Origin: an uncultured virus (IMG/VR IMGVR_UViG_3300020048_000043)
Lineage: Duplodnaviria; Heunggongvirae; Uroviricota; Caudoviricetes
Strand: one strand, 5' to 3'
Length of the DNA stretch: 60,295 nucleotides
Virus record (IMG/VR): IMGVR_UViG_3300020048_000043
Coordinates: 62,001-122,295 of that record
Of this stretch, positions 11,422 through 20,490 are shown piece by piece. The notes beneath the pieces were generated by a model. That model worked only from the letters and a program-made list of their open reading frames with translations, made no database searches and was not told where the DNA came from. Position numbers and translations under genes: made by a program. The number at the start of each line of letters is the position of its first letter. Position 1 is the first letter of the stretch.

Positions 11422-14415
11422 TTAATCTCCTGCGAAATATTCATTTATCAACGATGATCTATTATTCCATACATCATTAACTGTTATTTGTCCATCTGCT
11501 CTAATAACTTGAATAATTTTTCTATGCTTTATATCTAACGCACAAACAGCAAGTTCGTTAGGTTCCATTTCTCCTAATCCTTTATATCTAAATATTTGTA
11601 CATTTGTTTTTCTTATTTCTTCTACTTTACTTTCATCATATATTGGTGTAAATTGTTTTTTATTATAATATCCAAACAATGGTGTTTCTATTACATGTAA
11701 ATATCCTTCATCTATAAGAGAAGGTAAACAATAATCAAACATAGATATTAGAAGGGCTGCTATATGCCTTCCATCCGGATCAAAGTCACAATTTTGTACT
11801 ACAATTGCATTTTGTTTTACAATTCCTTCTTTTTCTACATCATATACTATAGCATAATTATGATATTTATCTACAGTAATATTATAGACCGGAATCAATA
11901 CATCTAATTTTTTTCGTTCAACGCATGTCACTTTATGATTATATGTTTTTGCATATTCAATCATTTCATCAATAGAGTCATAATAATTCAATACATTTTC
12001 CCATTTCGGATCTGATCTTGATGTTCTATATTCTTCATAATATGGACCAATAACAGGTTCATTATTATCAAGAATCTTTTTAACTATTCTAGCAATACTA
12101 TTTCTTGCTTTCTTTGTTTTATCATATGAAACACAAACTTTATAATCATTCAAATTGTATTTATCTTTATTTTGTATTGCTGTTTTTAAAATTTCGTCAT
12201 ATGAATCAAAATATTGTAACAAATTTTCATAAAAAGAAGTACCATTACTACGCCAATTATTAAAATTCGTTTCATTAAATTCAAGATTTTCAGATAATAG
12301 TTTACATACGCATTTTAATATTTTTCCTTTTTTTTGTAATATTTTAACATCTTCTCTTTGATTTAGTTGACGTGTAGATTCTTTATTTTTTTCTGAATAA
12401 TTATATTCTGTTAAATGTATACATATATTTTGATATGTATCTGTTTCACGGTGTAAATAAGATATTCTTTCACCATGTATATTTAATGCGTTATACGCAT
12501 TAATGTGATATGAATTATGATCTTTTTGTGTTAACCATTCTAAATTACAAAGTTCATTGTTTAAAGTATTTGAATCTTTGTGATGACAAACTAAATTTGA
12601 AAACAATTCATCCGTTTTATTTGCCATTATTCTATGTGTTCTATAATATTTAGATTCATCTACATTTCGTTTCATGTATTCATATTGTAATCCGTGTTGT
12701 TGAAACATATGAAAATATAATGGCATTAAACTCATACCTGATTGTAAATCTTTAGCTTCTATTTTAGTTCCATCTCTTAAAATAAATTTATGTGTAGGTG
12801 TAACTTTTACTACATGATCATTATCGATAGTAACATATATTAATTCATCTACATAACTTGTAATTCTTGGAGCATATGCTTTACCAGGAACATAATTACC
12901 ATGATCATCAATAGAGTATACCCAATAATCTCTACCAGGTTTTTCTTTTTCCATTTGAACAAGTTCTTCAAATGTTTTATCTTGACCATTTAACATTTTT
13001 ACCTTTGTATCACCTGTAAAACACATAACATTGATTTTTCCATATCTTATATCTGATAAATCTGTTGTGAATGGTTTTACATTGATAGCTGTAAAAATAT
13101 TCATCAGTGTTTTACTATTCAAAATCTTTTTCTTATCCGCATTGAGTACATTCAATACTTTTCCACGTAAGGGGAGTAACGCATGTATATTTATATCACG
13201 TGCTAGTTGTAACGTACCACCAGCAGATTGTCCTTCTAATAGAAATAGTTCTCTTTCATCCACATTAGCAGAAGTACAATCTTTTAAATCTTCTACCATA
13301 ACAACGTTTCTACTTTTACGTGTTTTGGTTTGTTTCTTTGTGTCCAATTCTATTCTATATTCTTGAGCTAATGCTAACCAATTCATAACAAACGTTTGAT
13401 CATTTTCTAAAAACTTTATAATACTGTTTTTATTAATGATATGTTCTATATCACTTTCTCTCATGTTCAATGAATACTTTGTTTGTCCAGCAAAAGCAGG
13501 ATTTGTTATTTTTAAAATTGTCATAAGACGTCCACCTATTAAGACATCTTCTTTATTAACATGTAACTTTGCTTTGACTGCTTTTTCATAAAGATAATCT
13601 TTCACAATTGTTTCAATCATCTTTTGATGTGTTCCTTGATCTACGTTCAATGTATTTATAACACCTTTGAATTTCTTATATTTACTACCTTCATTTGTGT
13701 AACCTACATACAAACGTAACTCATCTTTTTTATTTTGAATTGTAGTTGTAAGATACTTAGAACATTCTGTTTCAAATTCTTTCACTATTGTATTTGTAAT
13801 TTTTTTAGATATGACATTGTTGTCTTTCATAACGATAAGAAGCATTTCTATTTTATCTTCATTATCATATACAAGAATAGATTTAAGTCTATTCTCTATA
13901 AGTTCTGGATCTATGAAAACTGTTTCAAAATGTTTTTCATTTGGAGTAAAAGATACACTTGTACTGAATTGTTTTTTATCTACATCTTTTTTAGTTACAT
14001 CTGTTCCATTGAATATGTAATGTCTATGTTGATTACCATTCTTTGTAATTATTTCAAATGAAGTACTTAACGCATTTACAATTACAAGACCTTCACCATG
14101 TAACCCACTTCTATGTTGGTAAAGATCATTATCAAACTTACCTCCAGTGAATAATTTTGTTGCTATTACAACTGGAGCATCTTCTTTAAAATCCGGTGAT
14201 TTGATTGGAATACCTCTACCTTTATCTACTACTGTATATTTATTATTATCCAAATCCATTATGACAGCTAAAAAGTTACTATTGCCTGTAAGACATTCAT
14301 CTGCTGAATTATCTATTAACTCATACAATAGATGCGTTGGATTTTCTGTAGAGCCCATGTAATTCCCTGGACATAGTTGTATGTGTTCAAATTCAGATAA
14401 GCCTCTTATAGCCAT
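11422..14415 (-). CDS. type IIA topoisomerase ATPase/TOPRIM subunit (GyrB/ParE-like) with intein; about 586 aa after splicing
   Basis: ELIDNSADE, DKGRGIP, GGKF, GLHGEG, LLEGQSAGG, PLRGKVLN, DFDPDGRHI, RYKGLGEM. Confidence 0.95.
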   Translation of the reverse strand: MAIRGLSEFEHIQLCPGNYMGSTENPTHLLYELIDNSADECLTGNSNFLAVIMDLDNNKYTVVDKGRGIPIKSPDFKEDAPVVIATKLFTGGKFDNDLYQHRSGLHGEGLVIVNALSTSFEIITKNGNQHRHYIFNGTDVTKKDVDKKQFSTSVSFTPNEKHFETVFIDPELIENRLKSILVYDNEDKIEMLLIVMKDNNVISKKITNTIVKEFETECSKYLTTTIQNKKDELRLYVGYTNEGSKYKKFKGVINTLNVDQGTHQKMIETIVKDYLYEKAVKAKLHVNKEDVLIGGRLMTILKITNPAFAGQTKYSLNMRESDIEHIINKNSIIKFLENDQTFVMNWLALAQEYRIELDTKKQTKTRKSRNVVMVEDLKDCTSANVDERELFLLEGQSAGGTLQLARDINIHALLPLRGKVLNVLNADKKKILNSKTLMNIFTAINVKPFTTDLSDIRYGKINVMCFTGDTKVKMLNGQDKTFEELVQMEKEKPGRDYWVYSIDDHGNYVPGKAYAPRITSYVDELIYVTIDNDHVVKVTPTHKFILRDGTKIEAKDLQSGMSLMPLYFHMFQQHGLQYEYMKRNVDESKYYRTHRIMANKTDELFSNLVCHHKDSNTLNNELCNLEWLTQKDHNSYHINAYNALNIHGERISYLHRETDTYQNICIHLTEYNYSEKNKESTRQLNQREDVKILQKKGKILKCVCKLLSENLEFNETNFNNWRSNGTSFYENLLQYFDSYDEILKTAIQNKDKYNLNDYKVCVSYDKTKKARNSIARIVKKILDNNEPVIGPYYEEYRTSRSDPKWENVLNYYDSIDEMIEYAKTYNHKVTCVERKKLDVLIPVYNITVDKYHNYAIVYDVEKEGIVKQNAIVVQNCDFDPDGRHIAALLISMFDYCLPSLIDEGYLHVIETPLFGYYNKKQFTPIYDESKVEEIRKTNVQIFRYKGLGEMEPNELAVCALDIKHRKIIQVIRADGQITVNDVWNNRSSLINEYFAGD
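11791..13023 (-). mobile_element. intein (411 aa) with HNH endonuclease
   Basis: block A CFTGDTKV, block B VTPTHKF, block F VYNITVDKYHNY, end VQN followed by Cys+1; internal HR..HHKDSNTLNN..NLEWL..H. Confidence 0.93.
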
Positions 14416-14438
14416 TGTGTCACCTCAAATATAAAAAT

Positions 14439-14469
14439 TAGAGGTGGGTTATTTTTAGACCCACCTCTA
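14439..14469 (-). terminator. intrinsic terminator-like hairpin after queD
   Basis: 11-bp inverted repeat TAGAGGTGGGT/ACCCACCTCTA followed by ATTTTT on the minus strand. Confidence 0.7.
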
Positions 14470-14476
14470 TTTGTTT

Positions 14477-14896
14477 TTAGTACGGACTGTAACAAGCGTA
14501 ATTTGTTTCTGTTTCTTTTACAATGACTTTTATAAGTGTACAATATTCATTTGACATTTCTTCCTCTAATAGATTGAAGAAGAATTGTGCTATATTTTCT
14601 GCTGTAGGATTGAATTGAATGTTTATTACACCTGGTATATCTTTAAATCGTTCATGCCATTTAGGAGGAATGATTGTAGCATGATCAAACTTATTTTCTA
14701 CAATACGTTTGAACACTTCTTTGATGTGTGTGTAGTCTGCCAGCATCCCGTCACTATTAAGTTTATCTCCACCCAATTCTACTACGACTGTATATGTATG
14801 GCCATGTAGATTACAACACTTCTTTGTATATGCGTCTTCAAGTATGTGACCCATAGCAACGCTGAATGACTTTTGAACTGTATATTGAAAAGACAT
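14477..14896 (-). CDS. queD: 6-carboxytetrahydropterin synthase
   Basis: GH...CCNLHGHTY, GMLADY, FDH, NPTAENIA, VKET. Confidence 0.92.
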   Translation of the reverse strand: MSFQYTVQKSFSVAMGHILEDAYTKKCCNLHGHTYTVVVELGGDKLNSDGMLADYTHIKEVFKRIVENKFDHATIIPPKWHERFKDIPGVINIQFNPTAENIAQFFFNLLEEEMSNEYCTLIKVIVKETETNYACYSPY

Positions 14897-14997
14897 TTTA
14901 TTCCTCCTTCATATCTTAAAATCCAGTCCGGTGCCCTGGCCCGACGCTCCGCATTATTTGTTCTACTTCTTTTTAAACATTCAGAAAAAAGATATGA

Positions 14998-15249
14998 TTA
15001 TCTTAAAACGACATCTGCTCGAAGCAAGAAACAATTATCTATTCTTGTTAATTTAGACCAACCTAGATATTTCATTTCTCGGATAAAAAATTCAATATCT
15101 CTTTCAATTGAAAAATCAATATCAACAGCATATATTAAATTAGATCTATCTGTTTCCATTAATGGGATATGCTGTAAATATTCTATAGCATATTTATCTT
15201 CTATGACAATATGTGGATTATTTACAGTTCTATTTTTTGGATCCAACAT
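14998..15249 (-). CDS. hypothetical protein; possibly the 3' part of a gene split by the TnpB element
   Basis: frame stays open back to the tnpB stop; no clear RBS. Confidence 0.5.
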   Translation of the reverse strand: MLDPKNRTVNNPHIVIEDKYAIEYLQHIPLMETDRSNLIYAVDIDFSIERDIEFFIREMKYLGWSKLTRIDNCFLLRADVVLR

Positions 15250-15288
15250 TTCTTTAACTTTATCTGATATTTTAGTAGTTATAGTTAC

Positions 15289-16416
15289 TCAACCAATAGT
15301 ATTTAATAGTATTGGTCCAGCTTCGTAACCAGCACCATATGGTCCGGTGAAGAATCGATTTAAGATATTTTTGCCCGCATTGATGTCTGCGTTGTCACGA
15401 TGGCCACACGATTGACACAAAAATATCTCGCCGTTCCGATTCTTCTTATCGACATAGCCGCATTGACGACACGTTATGCTGGTGTTCTCAGGCCAAACTC
15501 GTCTAAAGGAAACACGGTTTTCTTCACAGAGCATTTCCAACCTGGTCAGCCAATAACGCACGTTCCAACTGCCGATAACAGAGCGTATATTTTTACTCAA
15601 GCGCCCTTTGAGTTTGGTACCATGTGTAATGTCTTTTAATCGCTCAACTACTATCAAGCTGATATCAGACATCACAATCCTTTTCGCGTTTAAAGCTATA
15701 TAATCTTTCAACGTCTTAATGGCTCTCGCTTTACCCTTCGAACCTTTCTTACGACGTCTGACTATATTGATTAAGGTTTTCAATTCTAAACCAATTTGCT
15801 CGCCTGTTGATAACGAAGCTAATGCGTTGACTCCAGTGTCAATACCAACACAATTTGTAATAGGTTTCTTTTCACCAGTTTGAATTTCAAATGTAACTTG
15901 AACACAATTACGGAATATGACAAATGATCCCATCAAACGACCGCGTGCGTTCCATTTGTGAAACATGCGATGAAGTTTAATAGGAATATCGATTTTAATT
16001 TTATCACCAATAGATCGTAAAGACAACCAACGGTCGAACGTTTTACTTTGCTTGGCTTCAGTGAATGAACAAATTGCTGTTGATAACGCCATTCGATTTC
16101 CATAATGCGTTGGTTTAACTGCCGCTACTTCGCGTTCCAATTCTTTGGAAGCAGCTTTCGCTTGTTCGATAGCCGCGTTTACCATGCTTAGGGCTTCGCG
16201 AGCAGCCTGTTGTTTTAATCTTTGTGTGAAATAAGGGTGTTGAACACGATCTAGCAATTCTTTCTTAAGGTCTGCTTCTCTACATCGTTCAACCCAGAAG
16301 ATATCTATATATGAATTCACTACATGTTTATATTCGTCCATAATAGCGTGGATTTGTTGAAATTTTTTCTTCGTAGCTGAAGTGAAATGTAACTTCACAG
16401 ACCTTAAGATTTTCAT
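15289..16416 (-). CDS. tnpB: TnpB RNA-guided endonuclease (IS200/IS605/IS607 type)
   Basis: RuvC I VGIDTGV, RuvC II VVERL, Zn ribbon TSITCRQCG..CQSCG, RuvC III NADINAGKNI; visibly higher GC than its flanks. Confidence 0.93.
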   Translation of the reverse strand: MKILRSVKLHFTSATKKKFQQIHAIMDEYKHVVNSYIDIFWVERCREADLKKELLDRVQHPYFTQRLKQQAAREALSMVNAAIEQAKAASKELEREVAAVKPTHYGNRMALSTAICSFTEAKQSKTFDRWLSLRSIGDKIKIDIPIKLHRMFHKWNARGRLMGSFVIFRNCVQVTFEIQTGEKKPITNCVGIDTGVNALASLSTGEQIGLELKTLINIVRRRKKGSKGKARAIKTLKDYIALNAKRIVMSDISLIVVERLKDITHGTKLKGRLSKNIRSVIGSWNVRYWLTRLEMLCEENRVSFRRVWPENTSITCRQCGYVDKKNRNGEIFLCQSCGHRDNADINAGKNILNRFFTGPYGAGYEAGPILLNTIG

Positions 16417-16438
16417 TGTGTTTCACCACCTTTAACAT

Positions 16439-16467
16439 ATTATATATTAAAAACAATATTTCGTCAA
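16439..16467 (-). promoter_or_regulatory. sigma70/sigmaA-type promoter of tnpB
   Basis: TTGACG-N17-TATAAT just upstream of the RBS. Confidence 0.7.
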
Positions 16468-16578
16468 TTGTTTATTAATTGTAATGAAATACTATTGACT
16501 AACATGAAATACTATGAAAACGGTCAATAAAAGCTATACATTTTGTTTCAAATCTCAATTTTAACAACACCCTTTCAT

Positions 16579-16608
16579 AAAAAATGACACTCAAAAAAGA
16601 GTGTCATT
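16579..16608 (-). terminator. intrinsic terminator closing the coiled-coil gene/ncRNA unit
   Basis: AATGACACTC/GAGTGTCATT stem followed by a T run. Confidence 0.75.
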
Positions 16609-16618
16609 ATAAAAATTA

Positions 16619-16883
16619 TACGGATTATATAGCAGCCGGTCGTGTAATCAACGCTGGAAAGATAAGCAAACACGGGAAGCCGGATTTTTAAGACATCCTT
16701 CAAGAAACCTTACACATTAGACTTAAGACCCAGTTATCGTCTGGGCCGGACTTATACTTGAACCTTAAACCTTAAGCCTTGAAAATATGTAATATCCACC
16801 CAAGGATTTTTTATAAGTAATATCAATAACCCATGATATTAACGGGTCTTTCCTATTCTGTTCTTTACACTATACAATCCGTA
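16619..16883 (-). ncRNA. putative structured ncRNA (265 nt) with 7-nt TYAAG repeats
   Basis: 15-bp closing stem with G-U pairs only on the minus strand; internal hairpins; no ORF. Confidence 0.65.
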
Positions 16884-16922
16884 TGATACACCTTTATTTA
16901 ATTGTCAATGTTCTTATCTTCT

Positions 16923-17444
16923 TTATTCTTCTTCTGTTAATAGAAGTGGTGTTGTTGCGTTTACTACTTCCATTTTACCATCAATGGCGTCAAAGAAATC
17001 CATCCACTTACGTAGCTGATTATTCTTTTCTTCTTCATCGTAGTAACGCACCACTTGAATATCTACATTTTCTGGAACACGTGCTGAACGCATTTTAGCA
17101 TCTGCTTCACGTGTATTCAACGCATTGAATGTATTTGTAATAGGTAAATTCATTCTTCTTCGGATAGCAAGAAGTTCTGTTAAATTGAACTCACCAATAT
17201 CTGGAAAAAGTATAGTCGTGTTAATGTTTGTTCTTTCAATAGCAGTCTTAAGCTGTAAATATCTTTTGAAAAGATCCATGTTAGCTTGAATAAGACTACT
17301 AACTTCTTGACGCTGTTTCTTTTCACTACCAAATACTTCTTTTTCTGTTGAGAGACCACTAGAATATTTTGCTACTTTTTCTGTATTATCTCTCATACGT
17401 TTTTCGAGGAGTTTAAGTTCTTTCATGGCTTCAATTAGCATCAT
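16923..17444 (-). CDS. helical coiled-coil protein (DIP1984/DUF6847-like by recollection)
   Basis: LIEAMKELKLLEKRM..LKTAIERTN..LTELLAIRR..IDGKMEVVNATT pattern; own promoter and RBS. Confidence 0.6.
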   Translation of the reverse strand: MMLIEAMKELKLLEKRMRDNTEKVAKYSSGLSTEKEVFGSEKKQRQEVSSLIQANMDLFKRYLQLKTAIERTNINTTILFPDIGEFNLTELLAIRRRMNLPITNTFNALNTREADAKMRSARVPENVDIQVVRYYDEEEKNNQLRKWMDFFDAIDGKMEVVNATTPLLLTEEE

Positions 17445-17480
17445 GATATTGTTTATCCCCTTTCAATTATTCTAATATGT

Positions 17481-17509
17481 ATTGTATATTACATAGAAAG
17501 AAAAGTCAA
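17481..17509 (-). promoter_or_regulatory. sigma70/sigmaA-type promoter
   Basis: TTGACT-N17-TACAAT about 37 nt upstream of the ATG at 17444. Confidence 0.7.
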
Positions 17510-17519
17510 TAGATGAATT

Positions 17520-17705
17520 TTAAGAAAAATGTCTTTCTTTTAGTTTGACAATATATTCTTTTATTTTTATCATCCATGGTATTCGATTTGAAAACAGTCC
17601 TATAAGAAATCCAATAACAGCAAATGTAATAAAACCTAAAATAGGTGTTGTTACAAAAATTACACCAACCATTGCGGATACAATAATAATAAAAATCATT
17701 CTCAT
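17520..17705 (-). CDS. small membrane protein
   Basis: two hydrophobic helices; likely start MRMIF right after the upstream stop. Confidence 0.6.
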   Translation of the reverse strand: MRMIFIIIVSAMVGVIFVTTPILGFITFAVIGFLIGLFSNRIPWMIKIKEYIVKLKERHFS

Positions 17706-17706
17706 A

Positions 17707-17958
17707 TTACTCATCATCATATTCATCCTCCTCGTTTTCAATATCATCAAATTCACTTTCATTGATTTCTTTAATTGGATCTACATATTGTAGTAAAACA
17801 TTCAATGCTTCTGTATATGATTCACTCTTGGTTGCTTTTTCTACCATTTCTTTTGCTTCTTCTTTCATATTATGCTTAATAAGCGCACGCCTAGCAATAG
17901 CCATTAGATTAAAAATATTACCATCTGTGCCTAAAAGTTCTACTTTTGGTTTACTCAA
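17707..17958 (-). CDS. conserved small phage/ICE protein
   Basis: GTDGNIFNLM..A.RAL..SESYTEAL motif; acidic tail. Confidence 0.7.
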   Translation of the reverse strand: MSKPKVELLGTDGNIFNLMAIARRALIKHNMKEEAKEMVEKATKSESYTEALNVLLQYVDPIKEINESEFDDIENEEDEYDDE

Positions 17959-18074
17959 TTACCATCGCCTCTTTCTTTTAAAAATGTTCACATCTCTAGG
18001 CATTAAGAAAATATGTTTAAACAACAAAACAAACACAACTAATGAAAGAATAATCAAAATAAAATAGAAAATAA

Positions 18075-18542
18075 TTATTCCTCCTCCTGAATGATAAAAC
18101 AACTAGGTTTTATCATTGTTGTTTTTTCTATTTCTTCAAATATTTCATCTTTATCTGCTCGTTCTTTTACTCTTTTTAAAAATGTAGTGAACATATGAAA
18201 ATCTGGTTCAAAAATAGAATAATTGTCTTGAAAAGAATATACTGGATAATATATTAAAATATATCTTCCTCCAATTTCTACACCCTTTACAATTGCTTGT
18301 GTTTTATTTTCTTTTTGAAATAGATCAAATAATTTTATCAAGTGTCTTTGAATATTCAAATATTCGTCATAATCAACATATTTATTGTTTGTATATTCTA
18401 TACCATATTTTGTTTCCATGTGAAATGTATAGTTTATAGTCAAATTAAATAATTTAACTAGTTTTTGAAATGACAACAAATTAGCATCTACTTTAAAACA
18501 CCAACCATAACATATTTTCGCTTCACTTACAAATTCAATCAA
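18075..18542 (-). CDS. hypothetical protein (GW-motif paralogue family)
   Basis: ORF track; ICYGWCF. Confidence 0.65.
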   Translation of the reverse strand: MIEFVSEAKICYGWCFKVDANLLSFQKLVKLFNLTINYTFHMETKYGIEYTNNKYVDYDEYLNIQRHLIKLFDLFQKENKTQAIVKGVEIGGRYILIYYPVYSFQDNYSIFEPDFHMFTTFLKRVKERADKDEIFEEIEKTTMIKPSCFIIQEEE

Positions 18543-18548
18543 ATGTCA

Positions 18549-18959
18549 TCAATCCTTTCTATATTTCTCTATCACATTAATTACTTTCTCTTGTATTTCG
18601 CATAACATTTTTTCTGTTATATCTGTTTTAGTATCAACCAAATAATGAAGTAGATCAATCCAAACAACATGTCCATCTTCAAAGTGTGGATTAAAATACA
18701 AATCCATTTGTGTTTGGTGTTGTTTAAGAAATTCTACACCGCTTCTTGTAAGAATCCATCCAAAAGGTTCTAAGTATATATATTCTTTTAAATCATACAT
18801 CAACTTTTTTATTTCTATATCATCTACTTCTGGATAAAACTCTTTGACTTTTTTTATTAATGCTAACGTATGAATTGGACTTTCATTATTATCTATACTA
18901 ACAAGAATATGCCAACTTAGTTGATCTTTTTGAGTTAACATTATTTTTTCCACACCCAT
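18549..18959 (-). CDS. hypothetical protein, possible winged helix
   Basis: GWILTRSGVEFL resembles a winged-helix wing. Confidence 0.6.
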   Translation of the reverse strand: MGVEKIMLTQKDQLSWHILVSIDNNESPIHTLALIKKVKEFYPEVDDIEIKKLMYDLKEYIYLEPFGWILTRSGVEFLKQHQTQMDLYFNPHFEDGHVVWIDLLHYLVDTKTDITEKMLCEIQEKVINVIEKYRKD

Positions 18960-19013
18960 TCACACCAAATATGATATGGATAATGCGCACATTTTTTAAT
19001 TTTATATTTCATT

Positions 19014-19397
19014 TTAAATATACCTCGTTACTGGATATACAATTTCTTTTCTTAATTCATCTACGGATTTACTATTACCCCAAAAAAATTCACCAGAACT
19101 AACAATATAGCAATCTATTCTTCCTTCATTGTTTCCATACTCTGTTTTTAAACATAATGTGTTTTCAGATACAAATAAACCTATCGGACAATCTTCTAAT
19201 GTTGTAGAATATTTACTGATATGAAAATAAACACTATCTTTTGGTACATATTTTCTTTTAAATTTTTCACGGAATTTATCTATGATTACGTCAAATACAA
19301 TTAATATTTTGTCACAACAAAATATCCACAACATAATATAAATAGGTACACCGAAAATAAAATAAATAACTATAAACCAAATAGGAAATTCAATCAT
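19014..19397 (-). CDS. membrane-anchored hypothetical protein
   Basis: N-terminal TM segment; AAGGAG RBS. Confidence 0.7.
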   Translation of the reverse strand: MIEFPIWFIVIYFIFGVPIYIMLWIFCCDKILIVFDVIIDKFREKFKRKYVPKDSVYFHISKYSTTLEDCPIGLFVSENTLCLKTEYGNNEGRIDCYIVSSGEFFWGNSKSVDELRKEIVYPVTRYI

Positions 19398-19414
19398 TGT
19401 TTTTTCTCCTTTTC

Positions 19415-19621
19415 TTATAATAGCGGTTTAAGTTCTCCCCAAGGTTTCAATATGAAATTAGAAGGTGTGCTTCTCCATTTCATAACAATGACGTGAATAT
19501 CATCCTCTTGTTTCCATGCTAATTCCTTAGCTTTTGTCAATGTCTTTTTTTCTCCAATAATTTCTCTTGTACCATCTTTATAAATATTATGAACAATATA
19601 ACCCGTTTGATTTCTACTCAT
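19415..19621 (-). CDS. hypothetical protein
   Basis: GGAGG RBS; overlaps the upstream stop. Confidence 0.7.
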   Translation of the reverse strand: MSRNQTGYIVHNIYKDGTREIIGEKKTLTKAKELAWKQEDDIHVIVMKWRSTPSNFILKPWGELKPLL

Positions 19622-19973
19622 TCTTTTCTACCTCCAATTTTTCTATCGCTTTATATAAATCAAAATCTTTCCATGTGATCCAACCTTTATTCATATCATA
19701 TTCAGAAATGTATACAATTCCATTTTTAATACTAACAAGTCTAATTTCGTTCAACATAAACGTTTGAATATTTTCTTTTCTTTCTATTGGCTTATTTTTT
19801 TGTTGTTTATTAATGATTTCGAGACAATTAAAACAAATAGCATTTTCATTCACTGTAATATATTTATTTTCTTCCGAATTTATTATCACTTCCTCACAAA
19901 GACTACATATAGGAACACGTTCATATTTAAAACTATTATTCGGAAATGTTTTTAAAATACAAACAGTTTTCAA
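19614..19973 (-). CDS. Zn-finger hypothetical protein (ClpX C4-like)
   Basis: CSLC...ICFNC. Confidence 0.6.
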   Translation of the reverse strand: MKTVCILKTFPNNSFKYERVPICSLCEEVIINSEENKYITVNENAICFNCLEIINKQQKNKPIERKENIQTFMLNEIRLVSIKNGIVYISEYDMNKGWITWKDFDLYKAIEKLEVEKNE

Positions 19974-20239
19974 AACATCACGTCCTTCACAGAAAGTGGT
20001 TTTACATCAACCAGTGGATCTTCAATTTCTTGTTGAACATCAATACAATATACATTCGCACATAATATAAGCCCATGGACTTTATGATCTTCTACAACAT
20101 ACGCGATTGACTGAACAATATACGTTTTTGAATTAATATACACAATTTCACTCACTCTAGGGACAAATGTACAATTCAGTAATGGCTCAATAATCCTCTC
20201 ATTTCGTAATGTAATAAATTGAATAACGGATGTATTCAT
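19970..20239 (-). CDS. hypothetical protein
   Basis: coupled ORF in the gene array. Confidence 0.65.
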   Translation of the reverse strand: MNTSVIQFITLRNERIIEPLLNCTFVPRVSEIVYINSKTYIVQSIAYVVEDHKVHGLILCANVYCIDVQQEIEDPLVDVKPLSVKDVMF

Positions 20240-20487
20240 TCTTCTACTTCCTTTGCTTTTTGATGTAAAAATTCTTTCGTAATAGGAATATATATTGGAA
20301 TACTAATAACTTGACCAACATATATTCCGTTTTTACTGATTTTATTATTCATCATAATATCATAAACAATTTTTCCAACATCTATAACATTTCCCATGTC
20401 TTTAAGAGTTATGTTATTAACAATATCCCACAATGAATCGCCCACACGTACTTTATAGTCTTCAAATTTAATAACCCAATCAAACAT
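20236..20487 (-). CDS. LysM domain protein
   Basis: YKVRVGDSLWDIV...N...IYVGQVISIP. Confidence 0.8.
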   Translation of the reverse strand: MFDWVIKFEDYKVRVGDSLWDIVNNITLKDMGNVIDVGKIVYDIMMNNKISKNGIYVGQVISIPIYIPITKEFLHQKAKEVEE

Positions 20488-20490
20488 TTC

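Larger units (their letters stand above)
15289..16522 (-). mobile_element. non-autonomous tnpB-only IS element; ends approximate
   Basis: no tnpA; AATACTAT motifs twice at each side in inverted orientation; flanking ORF fragments. Confidence 0.5.

Noticed and set aside
15289..16560. IStron (group I intron fused to an IS)
   Set aside because: Only about 100 nt precede tnpB and no P/Q/R/S core is present
16417..16900. CRISPR array or tracrRNA making the TnpB a Cas12f
   Set aside because: No repeat-spacer array; the repeats are only 7 nt, and a terminator separates the RNA from tnpB
16884..16908. Separate promoter for the 265-nt RNA (TTGACA..TATCAT)
   Set aside because: Spacing is only 14 nt, so it is not supported as a sigma70 promoter
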